Virus record (IMG/VR): IMGVR_UViG_3300020471_000004
Span: 1 to 64,000 of that record
Reading direction: 5' to 3' (one strand)
Length of the DNA stretch: 64,000 bases
This document shows positions 1 through 8,912 of this stretch, one piece after another (within the stretch, counting starts at the first letter, position 1; each line of letters starts with the position of its first letter). Below the pieces are notes generated by a model, which saw nothing but the letters and a program-made list of their open reading frames with translations, was not told where the DNA came from and made no database searches. The translations under genes were made by a program, and so were the position numbers.

Positions 1-209
1 AAAAAATCAATAAATCCTAATGGCTTAGAATCTATGCTACCGTATAGATTATAGTAAACGGAATTTTCTATAAGAGACATGTAACTTAATTCAAAGGGAA
101 GGTTCTCTAGACTTTGAGGTACACTACCTTGAAAGAAGAAAGCATCGAACCAATCGTAGTCAATAGACAATTCAAATGCCGCTACTTTGTTTAAGTTAAT
201 TCCTTGCAT
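1..209 (-). CDS. hypothetical protein, truncated by the window edge (MQGINLNKVAAFELSIDYDWFDAFFFQG...)
   Basis: Manual translation: ATG at 209, open frame to position 1, directly after the terminator at 221-250. Absent from the ORF track because there is no stop in the window. Confidence 0.6.
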   Translation of the reverse strand, partial: MQGINLNKVAAFELSIDYDWFDAFFFQGSVPQSLENLPFELSYMSLIENSVYYNLYGSIDSKPLGFIDF

Positions 210-220
210 AAGTAAAACCT

Positions 221-250
221 AAAAAAGGGAGGGGCGTGAGCCCTACTCCC
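221..250 (-). terminator. intrinsic terminator
   Basis: Minus strand reads gggagtagggc-tcac-gcccctccc-tttttt, overlapping the stop of 243..659. Confidence 0.75.
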
Positions 251-659
251 GAATTACCGCTAAACAAGCTTTACCTAGTATAGGCAGGCTCGTAAAGCTA
301 ACTTCAATAGTGTTTTCATCTATCTGAGTAATTTCATCAGGCGATACTACTTTGCCTGTTTCATCGAAACACTGAAGGATAAATGTAGTACTATTCATGT
401 TATGCGCAATAGTCCAAGTGCTTGAAGCACTTTCTTGAACATGTACATAGCTGTCGGTATTACCGGTAACATCGTCCAGAACCACTGCTTGAAGGCTACC
501 GCCGACATTCATCAAGATTTCGCCTTCGCCTAGTGTTATACCTGTAAGCTGACGAGGACCTGAACCTTGCCTAACGATAACACTGTTAGCAGGAACATCA
601 CTAGGTAAATACGGACGAAGAGGAAGTTCCGTCTGAATAAAATCAGTAAACGCACTCAT
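243..659 (-). CDS. putative virion/tail-fibre-associated protein
   Basis: 138 aa, coupled to the upstream gene. C-terminal YVHVQESASSTWTIAHNMN resembles the Q..AS..W.I.HN motif of phage fibre-associated beta domains. Confidence 0.5.
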   Translation of the reverse strand: MSAFTDFIQTELPLRPYLPSDVPANSVIVRQGSGPRQLTGITLGEGEILMNVGGSLQAVVLDDVTGNTDSYVHVQESASSTWTIAHNMNSTTFILQCFDETGKVVSPDEITQIDENTIEVSFTSLPILGKACLAVIRE

Positions 660-2314
660 TATTCAGTCTCCTCAAATTCAAGAACCAGTGTGCCTGATGT
701 GTTAGAACCAGCAAAGGCACTATCAGAAATCCAAACATGAGTACCATTTGGATCTAAGTTGCCTTCAGAATCTACAATAGTAAATCCTTTCTGCACATCC
801 CGCTTATCTGGGTAATAGGTAAGAACGTCCGCGCCTTTGTACGAAACAATAACGTTTGACACATCGTATACGCTAGTACCGATAGCAACGAACTGTTCTA
901 GAGCAGGAACAGTAATATCACGCTTAACAATACCTGCAACCAGATACTGGTCACCGCTTGTGATAGTAGAGCCGTCTACGTCTGCCAAGTTAGTAATAAC
1001 CAAATCAGCAAAAGTATAGGTACCACGAGGAACAGAATCGTCTACAGTAAGAGTAGTTCGCCAAACTGTATCTGATATGCGATTCCAGTTACCGCTTAGT
1101 GTACCACCTGTTGCTGTCAAGCTTGTAGGGGCACCAAGAAGTTTCTGGTCAGCACGTACTTCTACGTTGTATACCTCACCTGCTGCACTTGAACGAAGGC
1201 TATCAGGATTACCAGGTATAACAATTTGCGCATCAGGTACATCGTCTGCAACGCTAACACGCCAGCGAGCTGTAGATACCGCACCGTTAGAAGAACGAGT
1301 AGCAGTAATCGTTACGTTGTTGGTATCAACTTGGTAACCGATAGTTTCATCTACGCGACTAACTGTTTTGGTAGCTGCATAGTTGTTAGGATCTGTAACA
1401 CCTAAACCAGCCGCAGCAGAGTAATCAACAACGTCAGCATTGGTAACAGTCATAGAGACATTAACGCTTTCGTTGTCTTTGATTGCTTGTTGACCTGCAG
1501 GGTAGCTATAACCAATTGCACCAAAAGTAGGCTTAACTTGCGATACGTCCATAGTATCTATAGATGTGAACGGGTCACCGTCTGTACCAAGTAAGTTAGT
1601 AGCAATTGCACGGATAGGTAAGTCACCAGTACGATTAGATACAACAAACGAGCCTGTGAACGCTTTGAAGCCTGCACCTGCGGAGTCATCAGCACCTAGT
1701 GTAAGCTGTTTTTGTTGACCGCTAACACCGTAGTCAAGAAGTCTGACTTCTTCGGCATCGTTGCCTACTACACCGCTTACGGTAACAGTATCGCCCTGTT
1801 TAACCTGTGTCTGTGAACCAGGGTAATCACCAAGCGAAAGTTGAGAAATCTCAGGGCCGCCTATCAAAACGTCAAGGCTAAACGAGTACTCGTAACCTGT
1901 AGAACTTACTACAAGAATAGTCTGTTCTGTGACTTCTGGGTCCAAAGTTAAATCAACGTAACCTGTGTAAAGACGCGGGTTAGCAGGGTCTGCGGTAATG
2001 TTTTCAATTTGAGCAGCAACACCGTTAGCGGTAACTTCAACACTTGAAGCGCCCATGTTAGGCTCTGCAAGAAATTGAACACGCACATTCTCGGTATTAG
2101 TAACTGCATGTGACAAGTAGAACTGAGAAGGGATAGTATTAGGCATGTATTCTTTAAGACCTACAATACCTTCTGATACAGGAACTAGATCGGTAACAAA
2201 TATACCACCAGCAGTTCTCAAGTCCACATATTGCTTAGGTACGGCATGCAATGCATCTACTGGATCACCAGATAGCAAAGCATGACCGACAACCTTGGGA
2301 GAGTGGAGTTTCAT
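659..2314 (-). CDS. putative tail fibre / Ig-like virion protein
   Basis: 551 aa, acidic and T/V/S/G-rich beta composition. N-terminal DPVDALHAVPKQYVD fibre-type motif. GAGG SD; preceded by the candidate late promoter. Confidence 0.55.
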   Translation of the reverse strand: MKLHSPKVVGHALLSGDPVDALHAVPKQYVDLRTAGGIFVTDLVPVSEGIVGLKEYMPNTIPSQFYLSHAVTNTENVRVQFLAEPNMGASSVEVTANGVAAQIENITADPANPRLYTGYVDLTLDPEVTEQTILVVSSTGYEYSFSLDVLIGGPEISQLSLGDYPGSQTQVKQGDTVTVSGVVGNDAEEVRLLDYGVSGQQKQLTLGADDSAGAGFKAFTGSFVVSNRTGDLPIRAIATNLLGTDGDPFTSIDTMDVSQVKPTFGAIGYSYPAGQQAIKDNESVNVSMTVTNADVVDYSAAAGLGVTDPNNYAATKTVSRVDETIGYQVDTNNVTITATRSSNGAVSTARWRVSVADDVPDAQIVIPGNPDSLRSSAAGEVYNVEVRADQKLLGAPTSLTATGGTLSGNWNRISDTVWRTTLTVDDSVPRGTYTFADLVITNLADVDGSTITSGDQYLVAGIVKRDITVPALEQFVAIGTSVYDVSNVIVSYKGADVLTYYPDKRDVQKGFTIVDSEGNLDPNGTHVWISDSAFAGSNTSGTLVLEFEETE

Positions 2315-2366
2315 TTGACTTCCTCAATAAGGATTTATTTAACCAGTTAAATAGGTTTATTGCAAC

Positions 2367-2380
2367 CTAGTATTAAATTA
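2367..2380 (-). promoter_or_regulatory. candidate late promoter (TAATTTAATA)
   Basis: 13/14 identical to 17164..17177. Lies between a terminator and a virion gene, followed by hairpin taggtt-gcaata-aaccta. Confidence 0.6.
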
Positions 2381-2390
2381 GTATCAAATA

Positions 2391-2419
2391 GAAACAAGAA
2401 AGGGAGCATTATGCTCCCT
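2391..2419 (-). terminator. intrinsic terminator
   Basis: agggagca-taa-tgctccct followed by ttcttgtttc on the minus strand, at the stop of 2418..2735. Confidence 0.7.
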
Positions 2420-2735
2420 ATATACGGCAAGATAAGATTTTTAAACGACGGGCGCGAGATCTGTCATGCGCGCTGGATACAATAACAGCGGGATAGTTTG
2501 AAAGGATAACTTCATCTACACATGACCAATTAAAGCCATGTAGATTGGAAAAGGTCTTGAAGCACTTGAATAAAGGACAGCCTTTTTCAAATTCAAATAC
2601 AACACCTGCATGTTTTATATGAGGAAAGTGCCGCAAAGCAGCACTACGCAAGTTATTAAAGGCATCTTCAAAATAAGTTTCATTAGAAGACCTTACTCTG
2701 TAGTCGCCTGATACTACACCTATTTTTATATACAT
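2418..2735 (-). CDS. hypothetical protein
   Basis: 105 aa, TAATG-coupled to the upstream ORF. Confidence 0.6.
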   Translation of the reverse strand: MYIKIGVVSGDYRVRSSNETYFEDAFNNLRSAALRHFPHIKHAGVVFEFEKGCPLFKCFKTFSNLHGFNWSCVDEVILSNYPAVIVSSAHDRSRARRLKILSCRI

Positions 2736-3040
2736 TAGTCTGCCTTGGTTTTAGGCTTATCGGGTAATTTTATTTTATAGTAACCTAGTTTACGCTCTAA
2801 TGCTTGGATGTAAAGTTTTAAGTCTACATCGTTGTTTTCGGACAAGGACTTTATGTCGTTCTCTTTTCCATCAAGTAGGTGAAGCACTTCAACCAACCTA
2901 CGATTTGTAGATAGTGCAATAGTGCGCAAGTCACTAGGAGTTTTTGATACAATAGTGTCTTCTTGGTCTTCTAAAGATTTTACCTCAGACCAGTACTGAC
3001 TATTTTCTGTTAAAGGAACTTCAAACCTACGTCGAGACAT
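2735..3040 (-). CDS. hypothetical coiled-coil protein
   Basis: 101 aa, abuts the QueD-like stop. Confidence 0.65.
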   Translation of the reverse strand: MSRRRFEVPLTENSQYWSEVKSLEDQEDTIVSKTPSDLRTIALSTNRRLVEVLHLLDGKENDIKSLSENNDVDLKLYIQALERKLGYYKIKLPDKPKTKAD

Positions 3041-4000
3041 TTAACGGGTACCTACGTCTGCAATACCGCCTTTTTCAAGGCCTTCACTAACATACACTTT
3101 AGCAATACCTAGGCTTTCTAGAATATCTCGGTAACGGTCTGCTACAAATTCAGCTAGGTGCTCTACTGTAGTTTCGCAATCCAGTATGATGCAGTCTTGC
3201 TCTTTTACTTTTTGGAGCATTGCACCACGAGAGCTGGTGTACTTGATAGTAACCCAACCGTCTGCAACTTCGGTAACGTTTTCTGACCAAGCAAACACAA
3301 CACCGTCTAGCTCATTCACTATCTTTCTGACTTCATCTGAATAAAGTTCTCTAGAGCCGGGCCAGAAGCTAGTAGTTTCCCAAATAGAAGGCGATTCTTC
3401 AAAAGCGATATAGCTTATGTGACCGTGTGCTATGTTCTGGCAACCGAATGACGTTGAGTTTTTAAGACCATGTGTGTATCGGAAAACAAAACCGTTAAGT
3501 TCAGGCACACAGAACGCAGGATAACTCATGTTGTTGGTAAGCTTGACTTCTATTTCGATAGCTTGACCGTCTTGTGCAAACTTTTCTACCAAGTAATCAC
3601 CAATAGCATTTTCCCAGGCATCAATTAGATTACACATGTTTAGAGTCTGCTGTTCTTCAACTTCGAGAATTCTAAAACAGTTCGAAGGTGCAATTACAGT
3701 AGTGTGAGGAGTAGTTACTTCAACAACATCATTATGGAAGCGGTTAACTTCAATACCCATTTCAGGATGAACTGTAACCCAGCATTTGTGGTCAAAGCCC
3801 TGACCTTCGTGATCGTCAATCCAGCTTTTGATTCTTTTCTTGGCAGTACTGAAATCAATTAGTACCGCTTCTTCTGGATCTTCGGTACCTGACATTTTAA
3901 CATGTAGGTTAAAGCTGTCACCTCTTAATTTTCCCCCAGGTACGAACATTGCCAGATCGATGTTCGTAAGATTTGCGTAATACATTTGTACTTCTTTCAT
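3041..4000 (-). CDS. QueD/6-pyruvoyl-tetrahydropterin synthase-like protein, tandem T-fold type
   Basis: 319 aa with IDFSTAKKRIK..FDHK and YTHGLK..GCQNIAHGH and TTVEHLA motifs of long gammaproteobacterial QueD-like proteins. Confidence 0.75.
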   Translation of the reverse strand: MKEVQMYYANLTNIDLAMFVPGGKLRGDSFNLHVKMSGTEDPEEAVLIDFSTAKKRIKSWIDDHEGQGFDHKCWVTVHPEMGIEVNRFHNDVVEVTTPHTTVIAPSNCFRILEVEEQQTLNMCNLIDAWENAIGDYLVEKFAQDGQAIEIEVKLTNNMSYPAFCVPELNGFVFRYTHGLKNSTSFGCQNIAHGHISYIAFEESPSIWETTSFWPGSRELYSDEVRKIVNELDGVVFAWSENVTEVADGWVTIKYTSSRGAMLQKVKEQDCIILDCETTVEHLAEFVADRYRDILESLGIAKVYVSEGLEKGGIADVGTR

Positions 4001-4034
4001 GCTAGGTCTCTTGTACTGTGGATTTAGTTATTGT

Positions 4035-4367
4035 TTACAGTTTTTGTAACTGGTCGCGTATACTTATTAAGGTATTGAACGAGTCTTTTGCACCTAAAGG
4101 CAAGAACTTAGGGGAGTACTCGCTATGCAACAAAAGAATAGAATCAAAGGTTTCTTTGTCTTGGTACCAGTTCAAACAGAGCATATCCCATTCCTCTTCA
4201 AGTTTTACGTCTTCTAAGGGAATAAGAATAAAATGTTGATTATTGCTTGTGGTAACACGATCTGAACCAGATGCTAGCTTTCTAAACCTTTTGGGGGCTA
4301 GACCTGTATGGTGCGAGATTATTTCCCAACCAATTTTGCATACACGTTTTGTTTTTTCGTCAGTCAT
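4035..4367 (-). CDS. hypothetical protein
   Basis: 110 aa, starts 3 nt after the spike stop. Confidence 0.6.
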   Translation of the reverse strand: MTDEKTKRVCKIGWEIISHHTGLAPKRFRKLASGSDRVTTSNNQHFILIPLEDVKLEEEWDMLCLNWYQDKETFDSILLLHSEYSPKFLPLGAKDSFNTLISIRDQLQKL

Positions 4368-4370
4368 ATA

Positions 4371-5198
4371 TCAATTCAGGTTAATTGTTCCTGCCTTAGC
4401 GTTTATAGTAGAGCCTGCTTTTAGGTCCATGCTTGAACCTGACTTATCTTCAATCTTACCACCTACAGTACGTTTGAATTTGCCTGCAATCTTTTCTTCA
4501 ACGTTACCGTCTACCTGTACTGTCATGTGACCTTTTACATAAGTGTGGTAGTTACCGGCATCGCCACCCAACAGACCTTCAAAAGGTATCTTCTTTTGCG
4601 GATGTGCTGCTAGGCTTCCTAGTACACTGTCAGGAGCGTTAGCAAGATAACCAGGTATACCACCTGTACTGTTTGTTATTTTTTGTTGTAAGTTACCTAC
4701 AACCGTTTGATTAACGTCCCCTAGAACTGTAAGGTTAACATCACCAGGGTTGTGTACGAATATCTCGTTTGTCTTGGTGTCTATTACTACAGCATAGCCG
4801 TTGTGCAAAACAACGCCTTTTCTATGAGGATAATTAGTTTCGAATTCAGGTAAAATATTTTCTACATCGATAGGGACAGAAGTATAACTAGGGTTGTTAG
4901 CATCACCTCCGTGCCTAAAGTACACTGCAACCTTGTTACCTCTGCGTGGAACACCTGCAAAACTACCAGTGCGTTGCTCTACATCACCGCCAAGTAATCC
5001 GAACGGATGGAAGTTTTCTTCTGGTATGCACCACGGTAAATCTTCATCAGGTATACTGTCTTGAAATATGTCTAGTCGAACTCTAATCCGACCTAGGTAC
5101 TCAGGATCATTATCATCGACTACTACACCTACGTAAGGAGTATTAGGGTCTAGACCTTTGCGGTGCAGTATCTTGTTTAGGTCGATAGTGCTGTGCAT
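4371..5198 (-). CDS. baseplate central spike (gp5/VgrG OB-fold plus short beta-helix), no lysozyme domain
   Basis: GVVVDDNDPEYLGRIRVRL..LPW..VPRRGNKVAVYF OB-fold signature, V.G repeats, C-terminal INLN. Confidence 0.85.
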   Translation of the reverse strand: MHSTIDLNKILHRKGLDPNTPYVGVVVDDNDPEYLGRIRVRLDIFQDSIPDEDLPWCIPEENFHPFGLLGGDVEQRTGSFAGVPRRGNKVAVYFRHGGDANNPSYTSVPIDVENILPEFETNYPHRKGVVLHNGYAVVIDTKTNEIFVHNPGDVNLTVLGDVNQTVVGNLQQKITNSTGGIPGYLANAPDSVLGSLAAHPQKKIPFEGLLGGDAGNYHTYVKGHMTVQVDGNVEEKIAGKFKRTVGGKIEDKSGSSMDLKAGSTINAKAGTINLN

Positions 5199-5200
5199 AA

Positions 5201-5500
5201 TTAAATCCTAACCTCTGTTATAAGAAATAAAACCATAGTACCTACCCAAGCCAGTGCGCAAAGTAAAGTAAACATGGTATCTTGAAAAAAGGATATTTGA
5301 ATATCCCAATGCGCAAGTATTCGCCTGTTTTTAAAATCACTTAAAGGGAAAAGAGCGAAACTTGCCCCTACCAAAACAGCACTGGTCAAAAGTGCTTCTG
5401 TACAAGAGTCTAGTACCCAAACAAAAATAGATACCAATACTGCAAATACTATCTTAGCGCTAATACTAAGATAAATACTCAGATACTTAGGATTAAACAC
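5201..5500 (-). CDS. small membrane protein (about 3 TM)
   Basis: 99 aa, GTG start with GGAG SD, three hydrophobic segments. Confidence 0.6.
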   Translation of the reverse strand: MFNPKYLSIYLSISAKIVFAVLVSIFVWVLDSCTEALLTSAVLVGASFALFPLSDFKNRRILAHWDIQISFFQDTMFTLLCALAWVGTMVLFLITEVRI

Positions 5501-5526
5501 TTGTCTCTCCGAACTACTTGGAATAC

Positions 5527-5563
5527 AAAAAAGGCTATACGCGTGTTTACGTATAGCCTTTTT
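5527..5563. terminator. bidirectional intrinsic terminator
   Basis: aaaaaa-ggctatacg-cgtgttta-cgtatagcc-ttttt. Confidence 0.8.
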
Positions 5564-5569
5564 ACAGTT

Positions 5570-5854
5570 TTACGCCATGCTACTTATGAACCAAACTACT
5601 AGAGTTACCAGCAACATTATTGCCATCAACAACCACCTAGACACAAAGGGCCTGTGATACCCTGCAACAGGTGTATTATGAGGCAAACTTTCATAAGGTA
5701 TAGCAGCAACAATACCTAAGCATACTGCAAAGCCTAATGCGCCTACAAAAGAAGATACACTAAGGCTCAGGGGTATGAATGAGTTTATTACCCAAACAAG
5801 TAAACCTCTAATAAGTATATCTGCAATAACAAGTAGAAAGTAAAGTCCGTACAT
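5570..5854 (-). CDS. small membrane protein (about 3 TM)
   Basis: 94 aa, AAGGAG SD, three hydrophobic segments. Confidence 0.65.
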   Translation of the reverse strand: MYGLYFLLVIADILIRGLLVWVINSFIPLSLSVSSFVGALGFAVCLGIVAAIPYESLPHNTPVAGYHRPFVSRWLLMAIMLLVTLVVWFISSMA

Positions 5855-5863
5855 AGTTTCTCC

Positions 5864-7870
5864 TTACACGTTGGTTGTTGCTGTCGTTCCGTTAGGTCCG
5901 TTCAGCGTTGCACCTGCTGATGCGCCTTCTCCGTTAGCACACAGCATGTCATTGATCATAGACTCAAGCCTTCTTAATCTTCGAGCCAGATCGTTTTGGG
6001 GTAAAAACAATTTTGCAAGAGCTAGTCTGTCCATACAGTTAGTAGGTATATCGAGACCTTGACGTTTTTCATTAATGCGCTCTTGTATTTGTTGACACGT
6101 AGAGTTTACTTTGGCGTTGTTCAAATAGCTTTGAGGTATGTCTCCGTTGGCAACCAAAGCGTTTAGATCGTCTTCGAACTCTCCTGAAAGTTTGTCTATC
6201 TGGCTAACTCTTCCTGCTAGCATTCCTAGTACAGCACCTATGTTAGGACCGACTAGGCTTAATGCTGCAAGTTCGCTAGGGATTAGTTCACCACACAGTT
6301 CATCTAGTTTTTGTATAGCAGATTGAAATTCCCTACCTACTGCCTCTAAGTAGTCTTTGCCTTCGCCATACTTTTTGACTATAGCACTATCTGCAAATTG
6401 TTTGCCTTCTGCTTCAAAATCATCTAAAAGTTTCTGAACCTTGGCTTGTTGAGCTTCCACAAACTTATTAAAAGTATCAAGCTTACTGGTTTCTTCTGCG
6501 TCTGCATCATGCTCACCTAGCTCTCGTGCAAGCTGCTCTTGCTCTGTCTGCTCTGTAGTCTGTGTCTTGACCTTAGGATTTGTGGCACGTTCAATTTCTT
6601 TGGTGTTTCTAGGGTCACCAGGGTCTACTGCTGTAGGCGCCTTGTTAGTCTTTTTGGGAGTAACAGAGCTGGTGTTTTCAGAACCTACAAGAGGCGTAGA
6701 ACCTGCTTCGTTTACATAACTACGGTATAAGGTATACACTTCGGTAAAGTGGCTTTCTCTGAATACAGTAGTACGGTTACCGATGATATACTTACCGCTA
6801 AATGCCTCGTTCTTGGTAGCTTGCCTGCTGTCTGTGTTAACATGCTCGTACTCTACACACGCAAGAAGGGGAAAGTGGTTGAACGAATCGCATAGACCCC
6901 TAACAGTCTCGGTAAATAAACCTAGGTGACGCATGTTCAAATACTGAGCTTTGTAGTAATTCTCATGCATGTTAGAGGCACCTAGAGGAGCAGTACCGCT
7001 ATCAAAGAATTTACCGCCTGTAAGGCTTGTGAGGTCTATAGAGTTTTTAACGTCCTCGTTTATTGGTATACCTTTTCCGAATACAACAGGTTTAGCTTCT
7101 TCGTACTTGAACAATGACCCGTCTATAGAGTGCTGAACATGAGTATGACCGTAGTTGGTAAGCTTGTTAAAGAAACCGCTACTGGTATCTATACTAGACT
7201 CTCTTAAAGACACGGCACCTTCTTTGTTACTTACGTTTGCAACATTAAACATTCCGATTTCAGGTTCTTGTTTTAGTTCCTGAAACAAATCGTTTATATA
7301 AAAAGTATCCCAGTCTAAAGCTGCTTTGACGCAAGTTTGAGGCCCTGAATATGCCTTAGATACAATATCTTTTACAAACTGTATCTGTGAACGTCCTATA
7401 TTTCGCCAAGTCATAGAGTCTTGGCAAGTCAAAGCTTGACCTTTAGAGACTTCTATACTGTACTTGCCAAATATTTCAGATAAAACAGAATCGGAAGTAC
7501 CTGTGTATGCCTCCCTCTGAACCTCTAGGATATATTCAGGTAAATCAGGAATAAGAGTAGCTGTTCTTTTGTAACCTTGAGATTGTGCTTCTGTTTTTAC
7601 TTTACCTAGTATTCGGGTTTTTATTGTACGAGGTTCTGCTTCATCATTGCCTTTACCGAATGTTATTTCAATCTTAGACCCGTCTACAAGAGCAAGGTCA
7701 CCAGTATTGAACATATCGTGCATATCGTTGACTTCAAGAATCGCTACAGGAATCTCGAAACCTATGCCGCTATGCATAGTAAGGCTTCTGAACACGTTGT
7801 TGGCAGGCGGTAGCTCTATATCATTAATTTTTATTTCAAGATACACACCACCGCTTAGACTTATAGCCAT
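5864..7870 (-). CDS. baseplate hub (gp27/VgrG-N-like) with C-terminal helical extension
   Basis: Positioned between a gp53-like gene and the spike. A.LEVND..D, KIEITFG and FSGKYIIG..T..F motifs typical of hub proteins. Confidence 0.6.
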   Translation of the reverse strand: MAISLSGGVYLEIKINDIELPPANNVFRSLTMHSGIGFEIPVAILEVNDMHDMFNTGDLALVDGSKIEITFGKGNDEAEPRTIKTRILGKVKTEAQSQGYKRTATLIPDLPEYILEVQREAYTGTSDSVLSEIFGKYSIEVSKGQALTCQDSMTWRNIGRSQIQFVKDIVSKAYSGPQTCVKAALDWDTFYINDLFQELKQEPEIGMFNVANVSNKEGAVSLRESSIDTSSGFFNKLTNYGHTHVQHSIDGSLFKYEEAKPVVFGKGIPINEDVKNSIDLTSLTGGKFFDSGTAPLGASNMHENYYKAQYLNMRHLGLFTETVRGLCDSFNHFPLLACVEYEHVNTDSRQATKNEAFSGKYIIGNRTTVFRESHFTEVYTLYRSYVNEAGSTPLVGSENTSSVTPKKTNKAPTAVDPGDPRNTKEIERATNPKVKTQTTEQTEQEQLARELGEHDADAEETSKLDTFNKFVEAQQAKVQKLLDDFEAEGKQFADSAIVKKYGEGKDYLEAVGREFQSAIQKLDELCGELIPSELAALSLVGPNIGAVLGMLAGRVSQIDKLSGEFEDDLNALVANGDIPQSYLNNAKVNSTCQQIQERINEKRQGLDIPTNCMDRLALAKLFLPQNDLARRLRRLESMINDMLCANGEGASAGATLNGPNGTTATTNV

Positions 7871-8181
7871 TAGATAGTTACCTCTACACTAGAGTTCTTT
7901 TTAAGCTGTGCAAGAACTTGGCTACTGTCAGGAATCTCAATAACTTGCCCTGAATAAAGGCTTTGTGCATCTACAATCCCGTTATACGCAAGAATAAGAG
8001 GGTAAAGCTCTACTGTACCGTAGTAATCATAGGCAATAAGTTGAGGGTTTCCCTCTTCACCTGGTTTAACTGTGTGCTCTACTGTACGTGTAACCGAGTC
8101 CAACTGTTGGTACATTAAATTTTTAAAAGGGTCAAGTCCTAAACTATCTCCTTTGGTGAAACGCATAGGATCTATTTTCAT
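7870..8181 (-). CDS. baseplate wedge protein (gp53/LysM-like)
   Basis: HTVKPGEEGNPQLIAYDYYGTVELYPLILAYNGI..GQVIEIP. Confidence 0.8.
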   Translation of the reverse strand: MKIDPMRFTKGDSLGLDPFKNLMYQQLDSVTRTVEHTVKPGEEGNPQLIAYDYYGTVELYPLILAYNGIVDAQSLYSGQVIEIPDSSQVLAQLKKNSSVEVTI

Positions 8182-8183
8182 AA

Positions 8184-8912
8184 CTATATCCCGAATGTTT
8201 CAGTTTTAAACCAAGTATCAATGTCGTCCCTACTTACGGGCCAATACGATTGGACGTCTACATTCATTGTGCTGCTGATAGGTAATCCGCTGTCATGCTC
8301 GAACTGTCCGTCTACAGCTACCTGCACATCGGTAATAATGCAAGGGCTCATAGAAAAGAAATTACCTATAGTACATTTGAATATTCGGTTTTCGATCAAA
8401 CTTGATACGTCTTGGTTCTGTCCCTTAGAATACGCGTCAATTGCCGTAAGTATAGGACTAGGCCCAGGTACCCTTGTTCTGCCGAAATCATCTAACTCTG
8501 GCGTTATGAGCCTAAGCATGTTAACCATAGGCTTGTGTACGTCCTGCGCACCTGACTTCCACGCACTTAGTTCAAAAGGCAAGGAAATAGAAAGATAGCT
8601 AGGGCCAGACCATGTTTGCGGGCTAGCGTACTTGACTTTCTGGCTTCCACCTAAAGACCTTTTGGATATTGAGTCAACAAGCTGCGCAACATTCGCTACA
8701 CCAGGTACTGCTTCTGCAAGACCTCCCATAGGGTCCCAATTGTTTGCAAGACTAAAACTAAAGTCTTCTGGTATATAACCCTCAAAAACATCGACACCAT
8801 CAAGCGACTCTATTCGGGTTTTGTACATACCGTCTACATGAATAAGACCGTCTTGACTTTGACCTACATCAGAGCCGTCTGGTCTACCAAAGGCAGTAGT
8901 TAGATAGTTCAT
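8184..8912 (-). CDS. baseplate/tube-fold protein (gp48-like)
   Basis: Position; TWSGPS..ISLPFEL and CIITDVQV..G.P.S motifs of tube-initiator proteins. Confidence 0.55.
   Translation of the reverse strand: MNYLTTAFGRPDGSDVGQSQDGLIHVDGMYKTRIESLDGVDVFEGYIPEDFSFSLANNWDPMGGLAEAVPGVANVAQLVDSISKRSLGGSQKVKYASPQTWSGPSYLSISLPFELSAWKSGAQDVHKPMVNMLRLITPELDDFGRTRVPGPSPILTAIDAYSKGQNQDVSSLIENRIFKCTIGNFFSMSPCIITDVQVAVDGQFEHDSGLPISSTMNVDVQSYWPVSRDDIDTWFKTETFGI

Noticed and set aside
5864-7870. MAISLSG start of the hub as a cargo tag
   Set aside because: A baseplate protein whose first strand is probably structural; kept as a false-positive caveat for the tag.
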